Source of the DNA: a virus
Lineage: Duplodnaviria; Heunggongvirae; Uroviricota; Caudoviricetes
Virus record (IMG/VR): IMGVR_UViG_2513237251_000009
DNA length: 64,000 bases
Direction: 5' to 3' (one strand)
Under the pieces are notes generated by a model. The model did no database searches, was not told the origin of the DNA, and saw nothing but the letters and a program-made list of their open reading frames with translations. The position numbers were made by a program, and so were the translations under genes. Numbering within the stretch: the stretch's first letter is position 1; every line of letters begins with the position of its first letter. Below are positions 30,032-40,093 of this stretch, piece after piece.

Positions 30032-30757
30032 TTACTGCGAAAGTTTATTAATGGAAAGGAAACCGCCAAAATTAGCCACCATGCTGCGCATCTCACACCC
30101 GCGCATGCACTTGCTGCATCTGTCCTTACGGATATCCGTGGTGGGGTTGTCGAACTCATCCGCCACTGCCCCGCCCGTGTAACCACACTCATCAGAGCGG
30201 TAGGTCCACATACAGGTATTCGCCAGCATAATGCGACCGGGAAACAGCGCTCCGTCCGTCTCCGTCGGTGTTGCCAGCACAAACGAGGCTGTCATGGCCG
30301 TCAGCTCTGACATCTGCTCCACCACCCAGCGGTCTCTCAGCTCCTGCTCCGGGTCCGCTTCCGGATTGCCCGCCACAAAATTCACCGCATCCAGAAAACG
30401 GGCATACACCCGGCGGCGGACCACCGTGGCACCCACCAGGCTCTGCAAATCCTCCGCCATCCCGGTGACAAGACCGAACAGATTGGACACCGTCAGCGAC
30501 GGGCGGGCACTGCTGCCCTTCCCGTTCATCTCAAAGCCACTGCCGTCAATCGGGTATACCTGATATTGCCGCCCCTGCCAGGTGACCGCCTCCCCTTTTT
30601 CATTCAGCTCATTACAGAAAAAATACCGCTCACCGCCCTGCACCGTCAGGTCGATTTCCCAGAGCACCACCCGCGGTGACTGCTCTGACTTAACCGACTC
30701 GTTCAGGCTTTCTTCATGAATATTCTGCATCAGTTCACCACCTGCTCTATCGTGCAA
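30032..30757 (-). CDS. L: Minor tail protein L
   Basis: 241 aa, lambda L-like. Confidence 0.75.
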   Translation of the reverse strand: MHDRAGGELMQNIHEESLNESVKSEQSPRVVLWEIDLTVQGGERYFFCNELNEKGEAVTWQGRQYQVYPIDGSGFEMNGKGSSARPSLTVSNLFGLVTGMAEDLQSLVGATVVRRRVYARFLDAVNFVAGNPEADPEQELRDRWVVEQMSELTAMTASFVLATPTETDGALFPGRIMLANTCMWTYRSDECGYTGGAVADEFDNPTTDIRKDRCSKCMRGCEMRSMVANFGGFLSINKLSQ

Positions 30758-31071
30758 CTGAAATCACTGTACCGGGCATTATCCGTGACACTCCACTCAC
30801 GGCACACAACCCTCACCGTCCGGTTATGTTTCGGCGGTCGCCACAAAAAGGCACGGTAACCACCATGCCAGGATAAAAATTCATCCAGCCAGCGCCGGGT
30901 TGACTCATCCGTCACCCGGAACACCGCCTGAAACGTCTTCAGTTGAGGATTCAGCCCTGTGGGGCGGCGCTGTTCATAACCGTCACCAAACCGCACCCTC
31001 ACCACCGACGGCTTCTCACTCACCTGCATCCCTTCACGCGGGACCAGATGCAGCGTTTTTATCTCAGCCAC
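30730..31071 (-). CDS. M: Minor tail protein M
   Basis: 113 aa, lambda M-like. Confidence 0.7.
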   Translation of the reverse strand: MAEIKTLHLVPREGMQVSEKPSVVRVRFGDGYEQRRPTGLNPQLKTFQAVFRVTDESTRRWLDEFLSWHGGYRAFLWRPPKHNRTVRVVCREWSVTDNARYSDFSCTIEQVVN

Positions 31072-34000
31072 TCAGCATTCCTCCGTCACGTCGCATGGAC
31101 AGCATCACCGCCTGCACCCGCTGGTCAATCAGCTGCACAAGACTGCCTGCCGCCTCCGGCCCTATCTGTCCGTTAGCCCCGTCATTCTGAATGGCAATGT
31201 GGTAGACCGGGGAATACACCAGACCAGCACTGCCGTTCATACTGCCCACGGCGCGTACGCCCAGCGAGCCATCCGCCGCCCGGGTCAGGGGCATAATAGC
31301 TTCAGGTCCGGCTTCCCCCATCAGCCCGGCCCCTTTTGCAAACGCAAAGTACGTGGGCGTGTCCACAATGCTGTTGCTGTACGCGCTCAGGTTTGCCGAG
31401 GTATACACGCCGCCTTTTGCATTGGCCACCGCTCCGCCCAGCCAGTCACCAATGCTGCCGAGAAATCCTCCCGCACCGGACATACCGTTTGCCGCCGTCT
31501 TAATTCCGTTGACAATCGCGGCATTCATAAGAACTTTTGATATTTCCTGCAGTACGGATGAGGCCCAGCTGCGCCATTCCACTTTATTTCCGTTCAGCAT
31601 CTCCGTGATGTTATTCACCATCCCTGAGATACCCTCCGTCGCCAGCTGTGCTGCCTGTGAGGCGTAATCGGACGCATTATCCACCCAGTTACTGAATCCC
31701 TCCTGCAGCCCTTTCTGCCAGTCCGCACGCTGCACATCCGATTCGGCATAAAAGACTGCCTGGTCCTTAAGGCGTTCGCTCAGATACTGCGCGTTCTGTG
31801 CCAGCGCCTGTCTGTAAAAATCCTCACTGATATCCCCGGTCTGATACTGAGACTGAAGGTCCGCATCCTTCTGGCGGAAGCTGTCGCGGATCTGCTGCAA
31901 CTCCCGCATGCGTTCCCTGGCTCGTTCCCCCTGCCCGTACCCCAGCAGTTCAGATTCATTTGATGCACGCGCAGCCACATTATCATTCTTCAGGGTCTCT
32001 TCCCGGTACCGCAACTGCTCCCGGATTTTTTGCTGGTCAATCAGGGCCGCATTGCGCAGCAGTTCCTGCTTCTGTATCTCCGACAGGGTTTTCAGTTCAC
32101 CCAGCGCTGTCTGGTACTTCAGCTTCGCCAGCTCCGTGTTCTGACCGGCCAGTGCCAGTTGCTCTTTCTGCTGCTTCAGCAGCCGGGAAAAACTGTCTTC
32201 CGCTTTTTCCGTCTCTGATTTTCCACCCCGGGATTTGGGTTTATTCACCTCGTTATTGCGCCAGGCTTCCAGGGCATTACTGATATAACGTTGTCTCGCC
32301 TCCTGATACGGATCCCCCACAAAACCGAGGTCATCCGCCGCATACCCCAGTCGGACGCGCTCTTTTTCTTCCCCTTTCAGTCTGGACAGGGCCAGCTCAC
32401 GCTCTGTTTTTGTCAGGGCACTCTGCTGTTTATCATCCAGAGTGGCCTGTGGCAGCCGTAACGGCACATTCACCAGTCCCTGCCGCTGCTGAAGCAGTTC
32501 ATTCCCCAGCCCCAGCAGACGGTTGAATTCCGTATACTGACCGTTCATAACCAGCATGGACTGGTACACCTTATTCTGCTCTGCCGCCTGCTGACGAATT
32601 AACGCCACACGACGGTCTTCCAGCCCGGCAAGCACATCCTGAATGGACTGCGCTTTTTCCTGCATCTGTGCCAGACGGGACTGCTCAACGGCAAGCTGCT
32701 CTGTTGCCTGAGCAAGCCCTTCCGTTACGGTCTTCACCGATGTCAGATGGTTTATCATGAATCCGTCACCGGTCGTCCAGCCCGGGTTCGCCAGAACATA
32801 CTGATATCCTGCGATTTTTTCCTGCAGGGATTTCACCCGACTGGCCTGTTCATCAATCAGCCGGTTCTGCTCTGTCAGCGCCGCCCGTGTTCGTCCTTCA
32901 TTATCTGAGGCTTCAGGCAAAGACATTGACGGCGTTTTATGCGCGATTTCATCTATCGTCAGTGCATACTGGCGCGCAGACTCCCTGGCCTGCTCCTGAT
33001 TCTGGTACAGCGTGTACCATGCTGCAGCCCCCAGCATCACCAGTCCGGGTACGCCACCAACCAGCCCCAGCGCACCGCTCATCAGACGTGAGCCCACCGC
33101 CGTTGTACTGTTCAGCGCATTCTGGGCGGCGCTTCTGGCAGCAATATTTCTGTTCAGGCGTTCCTGTGTGGCCGCCAGACGGGCCTCTGCAGCAATCTGC
33201 ATCTCCGTCCCGCGGGCTGCCGCCACGGCCTGCTGAGCACGGTACACGGCTGCCCTTGCCCGCGCCGTGGCAATCTGCGTTCCCCTGAACTGTGCTTCCG
33301 CCAGTGCAACTTCATTACGTGCAGCCGTCACAAGTCCTGCCGTGGCAGACATCGCTCCGGAGGCCATATTGCCAAAGTACCGGGCAACCCCGACGGCAAC
33401 CAGCGCGCCCACGGCTGTTGCCACATTATCAATCTGTCCGGCAACACCGTTCAGCATGCCGGAGAGCGTTTTTGTCACCCCGCTGGCCTCATTCGCACCG
33501 CCCACCCAGGCCATAAAGGCGTTTTCCACCTTTGTGATACTACTGGAAACCGTTTCCGGCATGGCCGCATATTCATCACGTAATATCCCCAGCTGGCTGA
33601 TTAACGCGGGGACCACTTTATCCGCTGTCAGTTTTCCGTCATCCGCCATTGCCTTCAGATCTTTACGGGCCACGCCCATACCCGCAGCCAGTGCACGTAC
33701 GATCCGGTCACCACTTTCATTGACCGAATTAAACTCCTCACCACGCAATACACCCTGCGCCAGCGCCTGACTGAACTGGGTGATCACCGAGCCCGCCTCT
33801 GCCGTACTGGCACCGGAGATTTTCAGCCCTGTCGAAATGGCCTCCGTCACCTTCAGCACATCATCAGCACTGTAACCATATTCACGCATCGAGGCAGCCG
33901 AACGGGCAAACAGGGCCGCATTATCCGAAAATGCGGTGCCTGTCCGCTGGCTGATATCCATCAGCACTTTCTGTGATGACGCAAATTCATCGGATGACTG

Positions 34001-34306
34001 TGATGCCTGTTTCAGACGGGCATTCACGGAGCTCCATTCATCCGCCAGCGAAATCAGGTGTCCGGTGGCAAAGGCACCGGCAAACGCACCGGTCATTCCG
34101 ACAGCCGAAGCGCGGATTTCCGTCAACTGGCTGTGCAGCTCAGCCAGAGCCCGGCGCTGCTCCCTGGCTGCCGCAGCAGCCTGACGTCCGCCATTCTGCA
34201 GGGTCCGGTAATATTCACTGCCCATACGGGACGCCCGCTGGATCTCCGACTGGAATGACTGTGAATTTGCCGAAATTTTGATAATCAGTTCACGTAACGT
34301 CGCCAT
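31064..34306 (-). CDS. H: Tail tape measure protein
   Basis: 1080 aa, coiled-coil-rich with Gly-rich C-terminal part. Confidence 0.85.
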   Translation of the reverse strand: MATLRELIIKISANSQSFQSEIQRASRMGSEYYRTLQNGGRQAAAAAREQRRALAELHSQLTEIRASAVGMTGAFAGAFATGHLISLADEWSSVNARLKQASQSSDEFASSQKVLMDISQRTGTAFSDNAALFARSAASMREYGYSADDVLKVTEAISTGLKISGASTAEAGSVITQFSQALAQGVLRGEEFNSVNESGDRIVRALAAGMGVARKDLKAMADDGKLTADKVVPALISQLGILRDEYAAMPETVSSSITKVENAFMAWVGGANEASGVTKTLSGMLNGVAGQIDNVATAVGALVAVGVARYFGNMASGAMSATAGLVTAARNEVALAEAQFRGTQIATARARAAVYRAQQAVAAARGTEMQIAAEARLAATQERLNRNIAARSAAQNALNSTTAVGSRLMSGALGLVGGVPGLVMLGAAAWYTLYQNQEQARESARQYALTIDEIAHKTPSMSLPEASDNEGRTRAALTEQNRLIDEQASRVKSLQEKIAGYQYVLANPGWTTGDGFMINHLTSVKTVTEGLAQATEQLAVEQSRLAQMQEKAQSIQDVLAGLEDRRVALIRQQAAEQNKVYQSMLVMNGQYTEFNRLLGLGNELLQQRQGLVNVPLRLPQATLDDKQQSALTKTERELALSRLKGEEKERVRLGYAADDLGFVGDPYQEARQRYISNALEAWRNNEVNKPKSRGGKSETEKAEDSFSRLLKQQKEQLALAGQNTELAKLKYQTALGELKTLSEIQKQELLRNAALIDQQKIREQLRYREETLKNDNVAARASNESELLGYGQGERARERMRELQQIRDSFRQKDADLQSQYQTGDISEDFYRQALAQNAQYLSERLKDQAVFYAESDVQRADWQKGLQEGFSNWVDNASDYASQAAQLATEGISGMVNNITEMLNGNKVEWRSWASSVLQEISKVLMNAAIVNGIKTAANGMSGAGGFLGSIGDWLGGAVANAKGGVYTSANLSAYSNSIVDTPTYFAFAKGAGLMGEAGPEAIMPLTRAADGSLGVRAVGSMNGSAGLVYSPVYHIAIQNDGANGQIGPEAAGSLVQLIDQRVQAVMLSMRRDGGMLSG

Positions 34307-34353
34307 TCACCTTTCTCCGGGCGTAAAAAAACCGCCTCAGCGGTTCTCATCAT

Positions 34354-34668
34354 TCATGACTGTGCTGCAAGGCTCAGCGCGTCTTCCAGCGCCGCAAACG
34401 GATCCACCTCCGGCTTATCCTCATCCTCGCCCCAGCAGAGCATGGCGTCCTTCAGTGCAACATTCATCCCCTGTGCCCCGAAAACCGCTTTCACGATCTG
34501 TGCATTACGGATATCCCCGCGCTCATCACCCAGCGGGGATATCCTGTCGAACTCCATCCACATCATCGCCTCGCTCGCACTCAGGCTGTGGCGCAGTTCG
34601 GATAAGGTGCGCCCCAGACGGAGCGCAAGTCGCATCAGAAAGCGAATTTCCGGGCGGGCTACTTTTTT
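34354..34668 (-). CDS. T: Tail assembly chaperone T portion (expressed as G-T fusion by -1 frameshift)
   Basis: -1 frame downstream of slippery A_AAA_AAG reads ...KKVARPEIRFLMRLALRLG..., matching ORF 34354-34635. Confidence 0.7.
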   Translation of the reverse strand, partial: KKVARPEIRFLMRLALRLGRTLSELRHSLSASEAMMWMEFDRISPLGDERGDIRNAQIVKAVFGAQGMNVALKDAMLCWGEDEDKPEVDPFAALEDALSLAAQS

Positions 34669-35081
34669 CTGGCCGACTCTGCATCAGCGATCAGTTCCAG
34701 TGCCTGACGCAGCAACCGGGCATGTACCGGACCATAGACGGCCAGCACCTGCTCACGGTCGTCCGGAGTGAACACCCGCTGCAGGTCCGTATCACACAGG
34801 ACATCGCAGAACAGCGTCACATCCGCTTCCAGGTTACGGCGGGTTTTCGCCACCACCGACAGGGTATCGTCATCCTCTCCATCACCATTGAGCACTTCCT
34901 GCCACAGATACCAGGCCTCTGCCGAAGGCTCCCGCAGCACCACGCTGACATTACCCCATTCCGGCACCTTCACCGTTTTATGACGAAACCCTGACAGTCT
35001 GGCCAGCGCCAGCGTTTTCAGATCCTTTTTCATGATGACCCATCCCCTTATCCGGCGGCTGCGCTCACTGTCACGGTGCAT
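34659..35081 (-). CDS. G: Tail assembly chaperone G
   Basis: 140 aa ending ...ARKK with slippery heptamer at its 3' end. Confidence 0.75.
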   Translation of the reverse strand: MHRDSERSRRIRGWVIMKKDLKTLALARLSGFRHKTVKVPEWGNVSVVLREPSAEAWYLWQEVLNGDGEDDDTLSVVAKTRRNLEADVTLFCDVLCDTDLQRVFTPDDREQVLAVYGPVHARLLRQALELIADAESARKK

Positions 35082-35833
35082 TCAACAGACGTCACACTCT
35101 GTGCTTTCTCTGCCGAATCGGTCACCACACAGGTATATTTCCCCGCATCAGCGGACTGCGCACCTGGCTTACTGAAGGTGTCTGTCGTCTGCCCGTCAAC
35201 CGGCTGACCATCCTTCTTCCAGGCGTATTTATACGGCGGCGTTCCCCCGTTGGCACTGACTGACATTGTCAGCAGCGCACCGGTATTCACGGTAAGTGTC
35301 TTATCCAGATTTTTCACAAACGCCAGCGGTACCACAAAGGACACCGGTTTGCCTTTCAGACGCAGTGAGAACGTTGCAGCCACCACGCCGTTGGTACCGG
35401 ATGACCAGGTGTGCTGGCGCACTTCCGCCAGGAATTTAAAGCCCTTACCGGACGGAAACAGCACCTTAAACGCATACAACGCGTCATTGTCATAGGCATC
35501 ACGCAGGGCGTTCTGGGCCTGATTCAGATAAAAATTGCCCGACATGGAAATCTCAGACGACGCCCCCAGACCATTGATGTTCTCCTGCTCTGTGGAGCAG
35601 AGCGTGGTCACATCAATATCCTGTTTCTGCCCGGCGGTGAACTGCACTTCCTTGATGGTGCAGTCCAGGCGCAGATATTCCGCCTTATCCATAGTTTCAG
35701 CAGTCGCCGGGGCAGATGAAATCATCACCTGCGTCAGCTGTGAGCGTTCATACAAAGCAGACATTCTGCCTCCTGATAATAAAAAACCCGCACGCGGCGG
35801 GGTATGGGTTTTGTAGAAAAAAGAAAAAGTCAC
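35048..35833 (-). CDS. V: Major tail protein (V-like) with C-terminal Ig-like domain
   Basis: 261 aa ORF; C-terminal Ig-like stretch ...YKYAWKKDGQPVDGQTTDTF...TCVVTD. Confidence 0.7.
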   Translation of the reverse strand: MTFSFFYKTHTPPRAGFLLSGGRMSALYERSQLTQVMISSAPATAETMDKAEYLRLDCTIKEVQFTAGQKQDIDVTTLCSTEQENINGLGASSEISMSGNFYLNQAQNALRDAYDNDALYAFKVLFPSGKGFKFLAEVRQHTWSSGTNGVVAATFSLRLKGKPVSFVVPLAFVKNLDKTLTVNTGALLTMSVSANGGTPPYKYAWKKDGQPVDGQTTDTFSKPGAQSADAGKYTCVVTDSAEKAQSVTSVECTVTVSAAAG

Positions 35834-36174
35834 ACCGTGACCTGAAACTCCAGGGTTGCACGGTAACAGCGGTTTTCCGGAATATAGTCCTGCATTTCAC
35901 TGACGGATCCCGGGGCCAGCAGCATTATGGCTTCACGGGCGTCCTGACGTATCTGACGCGCCTGCGTCACAGTCCCGGCATAAACGTCTATCTGCACCGA
36001 CACTGAGGACTCCGCCTGCCCGCCCATCACGTCCGCTGACACCGATGAAATCAGGCTGAAAACCACCCACGGAAGCGCCACCGACGGCCTGCCATCCAGC
36101 AGGGGGACCACATACGGGTACACCTGCCCGCCGGCAAGATGCGCCAGATGAGGATACAAATCCGCCTCCGTCAT
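35830..36174 (-). CDS. Tail completion/terminator protein (U-like)
   Basis: 114 aa, position. Confidence 0.5.
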   Translation of the reverse strand: MTEADLYPHLAHLAGGQVYPYVVPLLDGRPSVALPWVVFSLISSVSADVMGGQAESSVSVQIDVYAGTVTQARQIRQDAREAIMLLAPGSVSEMQDYIPENRCYRATLEFQVTV

Positions 36175-36617
36175 CGTCTCAGTACCTCATCAATGGCCCG
36201 GTTCATCCGCGCAATCGCCACCTGTGCCGCCTGTTCACTGCGCACATCAAATGCCGGGCGCACAAACGGGTGCGGTGGCATATTCACGGTCCCCATTTCC
36301 ACAAACCGCCAGTAGAAAGCGTTGCGCGGGTTATCCGCCTTCATGGTGTTATCGCTGTTACCGGTGTCCGGATTAACACCCCGGATATGCACACCGGATT
36401 CCATCCCGCCATCGCGGGAGCGCCGGGAAAGGACCACCACATTGCGGCGCAGTTTTCCCCTGCGTACCGGTGCCCGTGACACCACTTCTTCTTTCAGCAC
36501 ATTCGCACCCGCACGGGTTGCCTCACGCAGCACCCGGTTATTTTCTGCACCACTCAGAAGCTGCAAATCGCGGCTGATGTCCTCCAGCCCCGAAAAATCC
36601 AGCAGGGTTTCGATCAT
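36171..36617 (-). CDS. Tail-component protein (HK97 gp10-like)
   Basis: 148 aa, position. Confidence 0.5.
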   Translation of the reverse strand: MIETLLDFSGLEDISRDLQLLSGAENNRVLREATRAGANVLKEEVVSRAPVRRGKLRRNVVVLSRRSRDGGMESGVHIRGVNPDTGNSDNTMKADNPRNAFYWRFVEMGTVNMPPHPFVRPAFDVRSEQAAQVAIARMNRAIDEVLRR

Positions 36618-36964
36618 TTTTCCCCTCCCAGCCGACAGAGAATTTCCAGACGTCCGCCGGTCGCATCCGGCACGGGCAGCCCGACAACGTTCAGGATCCG
36701 GTCACGCCAGGGACCACTCAGCACATGAAGTCGTGACGCTGCCGTGATTTCCCGACCGGACTGACCGCGCACCCAGATGCGGATTTCCGCCTGCGCCATT
36801 TCCGCACCGGACTGCATCCGCTCCCGGCTGCTCCTGCCCCGGATATCCGCATGAATTTTCCCGCATGACACCCATTCTTCCGTCATTTCTCCGGCAGCGT
36901 TACGGGTTAACACCGGGTTCAGAACACTTATCATCTGTGTCAGACGACCTGCAGATATTGCCAT
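36614..36964 (-). CDS. Head-tail adaptor / head closure protein
   Basis: 116 aa, position. Confidence 0.5.
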   Translation of the reverse strand: MAISAGRLTQMISVLNPVLTRNAAGEMTEEWVSCGKIHADIRGRSSRERMQSGAEMAQAEIRIWVRGQSGREITAASRLHVLSGPWRDRILNVVGLPVPDATGGRLEILCRLGGEK

Positions 36965-36973
36965 TCCCCCTCC

Positions 36974-37300
36974 TCATAACACCGTCGGACAACGCAAATC
37001 GTAAATCAGCACGGAAACAGAAAACGGCAGCTCCCCCTGAATCAGTTCTTCCCGCTCCGCAAGATCCGGATTCCGGTACAGCATCCCGGTCAGTCGCATG
37101 GCAGCCCCCTTCATCCGGGTTAATGCCTCGCCCGGGATCAGTTCACCGTCCTCACGAATCACCTTATCCCGGCTGCCCTGAATGTAGGCCAGCAGCACGG
37201 CGGTAGCCTGACGAACCTTGTCCATCAGCATGTCATCATCCGCGTCATGGTCGACACGCAGATGTGCCTTGATCTCTTCCAGTGTCAGTAATGCCGTCAT
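36974..37300 (-). CDS. Head-tail connector (gp6-like)
   Basis: 108 aa, position. Confidence 0.5.
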   Translation of the reverse strand: MTALLTLEEIKAHLRVDHDADDDMLMDKVRQATAVLLAYIQGSRDKVIREDGELIPGEALTRMKGAAMRLTGMLYRNPDLAEREELIQGELPFSVSVLIYDLRCPTVL

Positions 37301-37302
37301 TT

Positions 37303-39882
37303 TCAGCCTCCTGCATCCCGCCCACGTTTTGCAGCCAGGGTCCAGGCTGATGAATGAGCTTCTCCGGGTTTATCTTCGGTCATACTGTTGCAGTGCCACA
37401 GCGAGCCCCCCCACGTCACCGTATCGCCGGGGTGGTAGGTTTCACCGGCTCTGAACACACCGCGGTAGAGCATCACCGGCAGGGAAAATGTTTTTTCCGT
37501 ACGCTGGCCACTGCTCTGCCGGACCACCACAGAGAACAACCGCTCACCCGTCATGCTGACGTCAATATCCGCCACCCCGTCAACCAGGCATTCCCATCCC
37601 CGCATCCCGTGCGTTTTTTCATACGCCCGCCAGAGTCCGCCCTGGTGTGTGGCATACGTGCCCCGGGGAAAGGATTTTTGATCGTCAATGGCGGGGAGTA
37701 TTTCCAGTGCCGTGGCATCACGCCCGTCCTGCGGAGCCGGCAGGGCACTCACCGCATCCAGAACCGCCTTCTGCAGAACATCCGGATCGTAGTCACGACC
37801 ATCACGCGGAACAGGAATATGGCTTACCGCCTCCTTCACCATCTGTTCAAGCATCGGACGCACATCATCCGGGGTGAGACTTTTACCGTCTGCCGGCTGC
37901 GGAATATTTGCGACCGCATCATTCACCGCCTTCTGCAGTACTTCCGGATCATAGTCACGACCGTCGCGCGGAACAGGGATATGGCTTACCGCCTCCTTCA
38001 CCATCTGTTCAAGCATCGGACGCACATCATCCGGGGTGAGACTTTTACCGTCCGCCGGCTGCGGAATATTTGCGACCGCATCATTCACCGCCTTCTGCAG
38101 AACATCCGGATCGTAGTCACGACCATCACGCGGAACAGGAATATGGCTTACCGCCTCCTTCACCATCTGTTCAAGCATCGGACGCACATCATCCGGGGTG
38201 AGACTTTTACCGTCCGCCGGCTGCGGAATATTTGCGACCGCATCATTCACCGCCTGCTGCAGTACATCCGGATCATAATCACGACCATCACGCGGTACCG
38301 GAATGGCCCCCACAGCGTCATCCACCATCGCCTGCAGAACCGGACGCACCTCATCCACCGTCACATGCTTCTGTAATACCGCCGACAGGGAAGTCAGTTT
38401 CTCTTCAAACGCTTGTGCCTGCGAGGCCATCTTCCCCTCAAATGTGCGCTGTAAATCCGCCAGCACTGTGGAAAATTCTTCTCCCAGTGCACGAATAATG
38501 GACAGTTCCCGTTCCGTCATTTTCTCAGTATCCCCCCTGAACATCGCTTTCACCGCATCATGCTCTGTTTCACTGATTGCCTTATTACCGTCAGATGCGC
38601 CGTCAGGCAGCTGTGATGAAACTGTTTTCCCGGCAGACGCGAACGGATCCTCACGGGCATCACGACGGGACAGCGCCTCCAGACTGTAGTTCTGCTGCTG
38701 AAGATACAGTGCATCACCGCCGGCCAGGGGCGGCAGGTTCTCCCGTTTACGGGCCTCATTGGGCGTGAGAAGCGTATTTTTCACCGCATCCCCCAGCGTT
38801 TTCATGCGCCGCTCACTGTCCATTCTCAGCAGCGTGGTGACATCAAATTCTGTACTCTCGTTTTCCCCCGTTTCCAGCGCCTCATCCAGTAACAGTTCAA
38901 TGGACTCAATCAGCGTCTGCAGACACTGGGAATAATACTGCTGCTCCAGCGCCTCCACGTTGTCACTGGAAGGCGGGTGGCCAACGCCAATCTTGTAGGC
39001 CGGGACACGGAACACCGAACAGACAATTTCAGCCGTCATTTTCAGTTGTTCCACCGTCTGCGCATCCACCGGTGAAAACGTCGTGGGGCTGTATTTTGCC
39101 CCGTTGCTCAGTATGGCCGTCTTCCCGGCATTTTCGCCCGTATATCCGCTGTCCCAGTTCCCCTTCAGTTTTTTCGCGTTTTCTTCCGTAATACTGCCGG
39201 GGACCTCAATCACGCCTGATGGTCGCCCGCCATTTCTGAAAAAATACGTCGAATTTGCCTGAATATGATGCCCCTGCATGGCGGCCAGTCCTGCGGCATA
39301 CACCGGCGGCAGCCCCACAAGCGGATGAAAAAAACAGTTAAAACGGTCGTGGATCACCTCCCGGGCAGGCACCGTCACCGACTCTGTGATCCCACAGTTC
39401 CGGTCCGGCGTGATGCGGTAGAACACCTCGCCGTCATCCGCCACCAGAGGTTCAACCCGGTTCCAGTCCAGAATACGCAGTTCTTTGATCTGCCCCCGGG
39501 GGGTGCGGATTTTCAGCACCACCGTATTGCCGTGACGCAATTTGGAATTCAGCCACAGTTCAAAAAACTGGATGCGATTCTGCTGCGCATTAGGACGACG
39601 ACAGAGACGGGCAGTATCTCCCTGCCGCTTTTCCCGGCGTATTCCCTGTACATCAGTCTGCATCAGGCGAAGCCGCATTTTGGCAATATCCTGGGATATC
39701 AGCGAAATGCATGAAAACACCGCGTGAAAGGACAAAACGGTTTCCGGATCGGCTTTCACCCCCTGCTGCCAGGCACCGGCAAAAGGCTCAGCCACCGCCT
39801 GAAACAGGGACCGCCAGCCCACTTCTCTTACGTCACGTCCTGATTTCTGGTTTTTTCGGGTTCGCCGCAAAAGGTTCCACAT
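37303..39882 (-). CDS. Portal protein (HK97-family N-terminal domain) with C-terminal 54-aa tandem repeats
   Basis: 859 aa; portal-like core then repeats DVRPMLEQMVKEAVSHIPVPRDGRDYDPDVLQKAVNDAVANIPQPADGKSLTPD. Confidence 0.6.
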   Translation of the reverse strand: MWNLLRRTRKNQKSGRDVREVGWRSLFQAVAEPFAGAWQQGVKADPETVLSFHAVFSCISLISQDIAKMRLRLMQTDVQGIRREKRQGDTARLCRRPNAQQNRIQFFELWLNSKLRHGNTVVLKIRTPRGQIKELRILDWNRVEPLVADDGEVFYRITPDRNCGITESVTVPAREVIHDRFNCFFHPLVGLPPVYAAGLAAMQGHHIQANSTYFFRNGGRPSGVIEVPGSITEENAKKLKGNWDSGYTGENAGKTAILSNGAKYSPTTFSPVDAQTVEQLKMTAEIVCSVFRVPAYKIGVGHPPSSDNVEALEQQYYSQCLQTLIESIELLLDEALETGENESTEFDVTTLLRMDSERRMKTLGDAVKNTLLTPNEARKRENLPPLAGGDALYLQQQNYSLEALSRRDAREDPFASAGKTVSSQLPDGASDGNKAISETEHDAVKAMFRGDTEKMTERELSIIRALGEEFSTVLADLQRTFEGKMASQAQAFEEKLTSLSAVLQKHVTVDEVRPVLQAMVDDAVGAIPVPRDGRDYDPDVLQQAVNDAVANIPQPADGKSLTPDDVRPMLEQMVKEAVSHIPVPRDGRDYDPDVLQKAVNDAVANIPQPADGKSLTPDDVRPMLEQMVKEAVSHIPVPRDGRDYDPEVLQKAVNDAVANIPQPADGKSLTPDDVRPMLEQMVKEAVSHIPVPRDGRDYDPDVLQKAVLDAVSALPAPQDGRDATALEILPAIDDQKSFPRGTYATHQGGLWRAYEKTHGMRGWECLVDGVADIDVSMTGERLFSVVVRQSSGQRTEKTFSLPVMLYRGVFRAGETYHPGDTVTWGGSLWHCNSMTEDKPGEAHSSAWTLAAKRGRDAGG
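37640..38300. repeat. Tandem 162-bp coding repeats (about 4 copies) inside portal gene
   Basis: Repeat starts at 37806, 37969, 38131 (period 162 bp) with flanking degenerate copies. Confidence 0.8.
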
Positions 39883-40093
39883 TCGCCATGCTCCGCATCA
39901 CGTTTCTTTTTCTGACCTGCCGGACGTCGCGCTGTGATGTACTCCGCCTTCCCCAGGCGAACCAGCACCTCCGCACACGGCTGTGCCACATCACGGATAT
40001 CCCCGGCCCGGGCATCATGCGTGCCCTGCAGATATCGGATCTTTGCCATAACCTGTTACGGGAGGCGCACGCCTCCCGTCCTCCTTATCAGAC

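Noticed and set aside
31199-34281. Many plus-strand ORFs (60-170 aa) antisense to the tape measure gene
   Set aside because: They lie entirely inside a 1080-aa minus-strand gene, are Pro/Ala/Arg-rich in a way typical of GC-rich antisense frames, and have no RBS or operon context.
37640-38300. Possible CRISPR array suggested by regular repeats
   Set aside because: The 162-bp repeats are in-frame coding repeats of the portal gene with no unique spacers and no cas genes; the iteron arrays are likewise not CRISPR.
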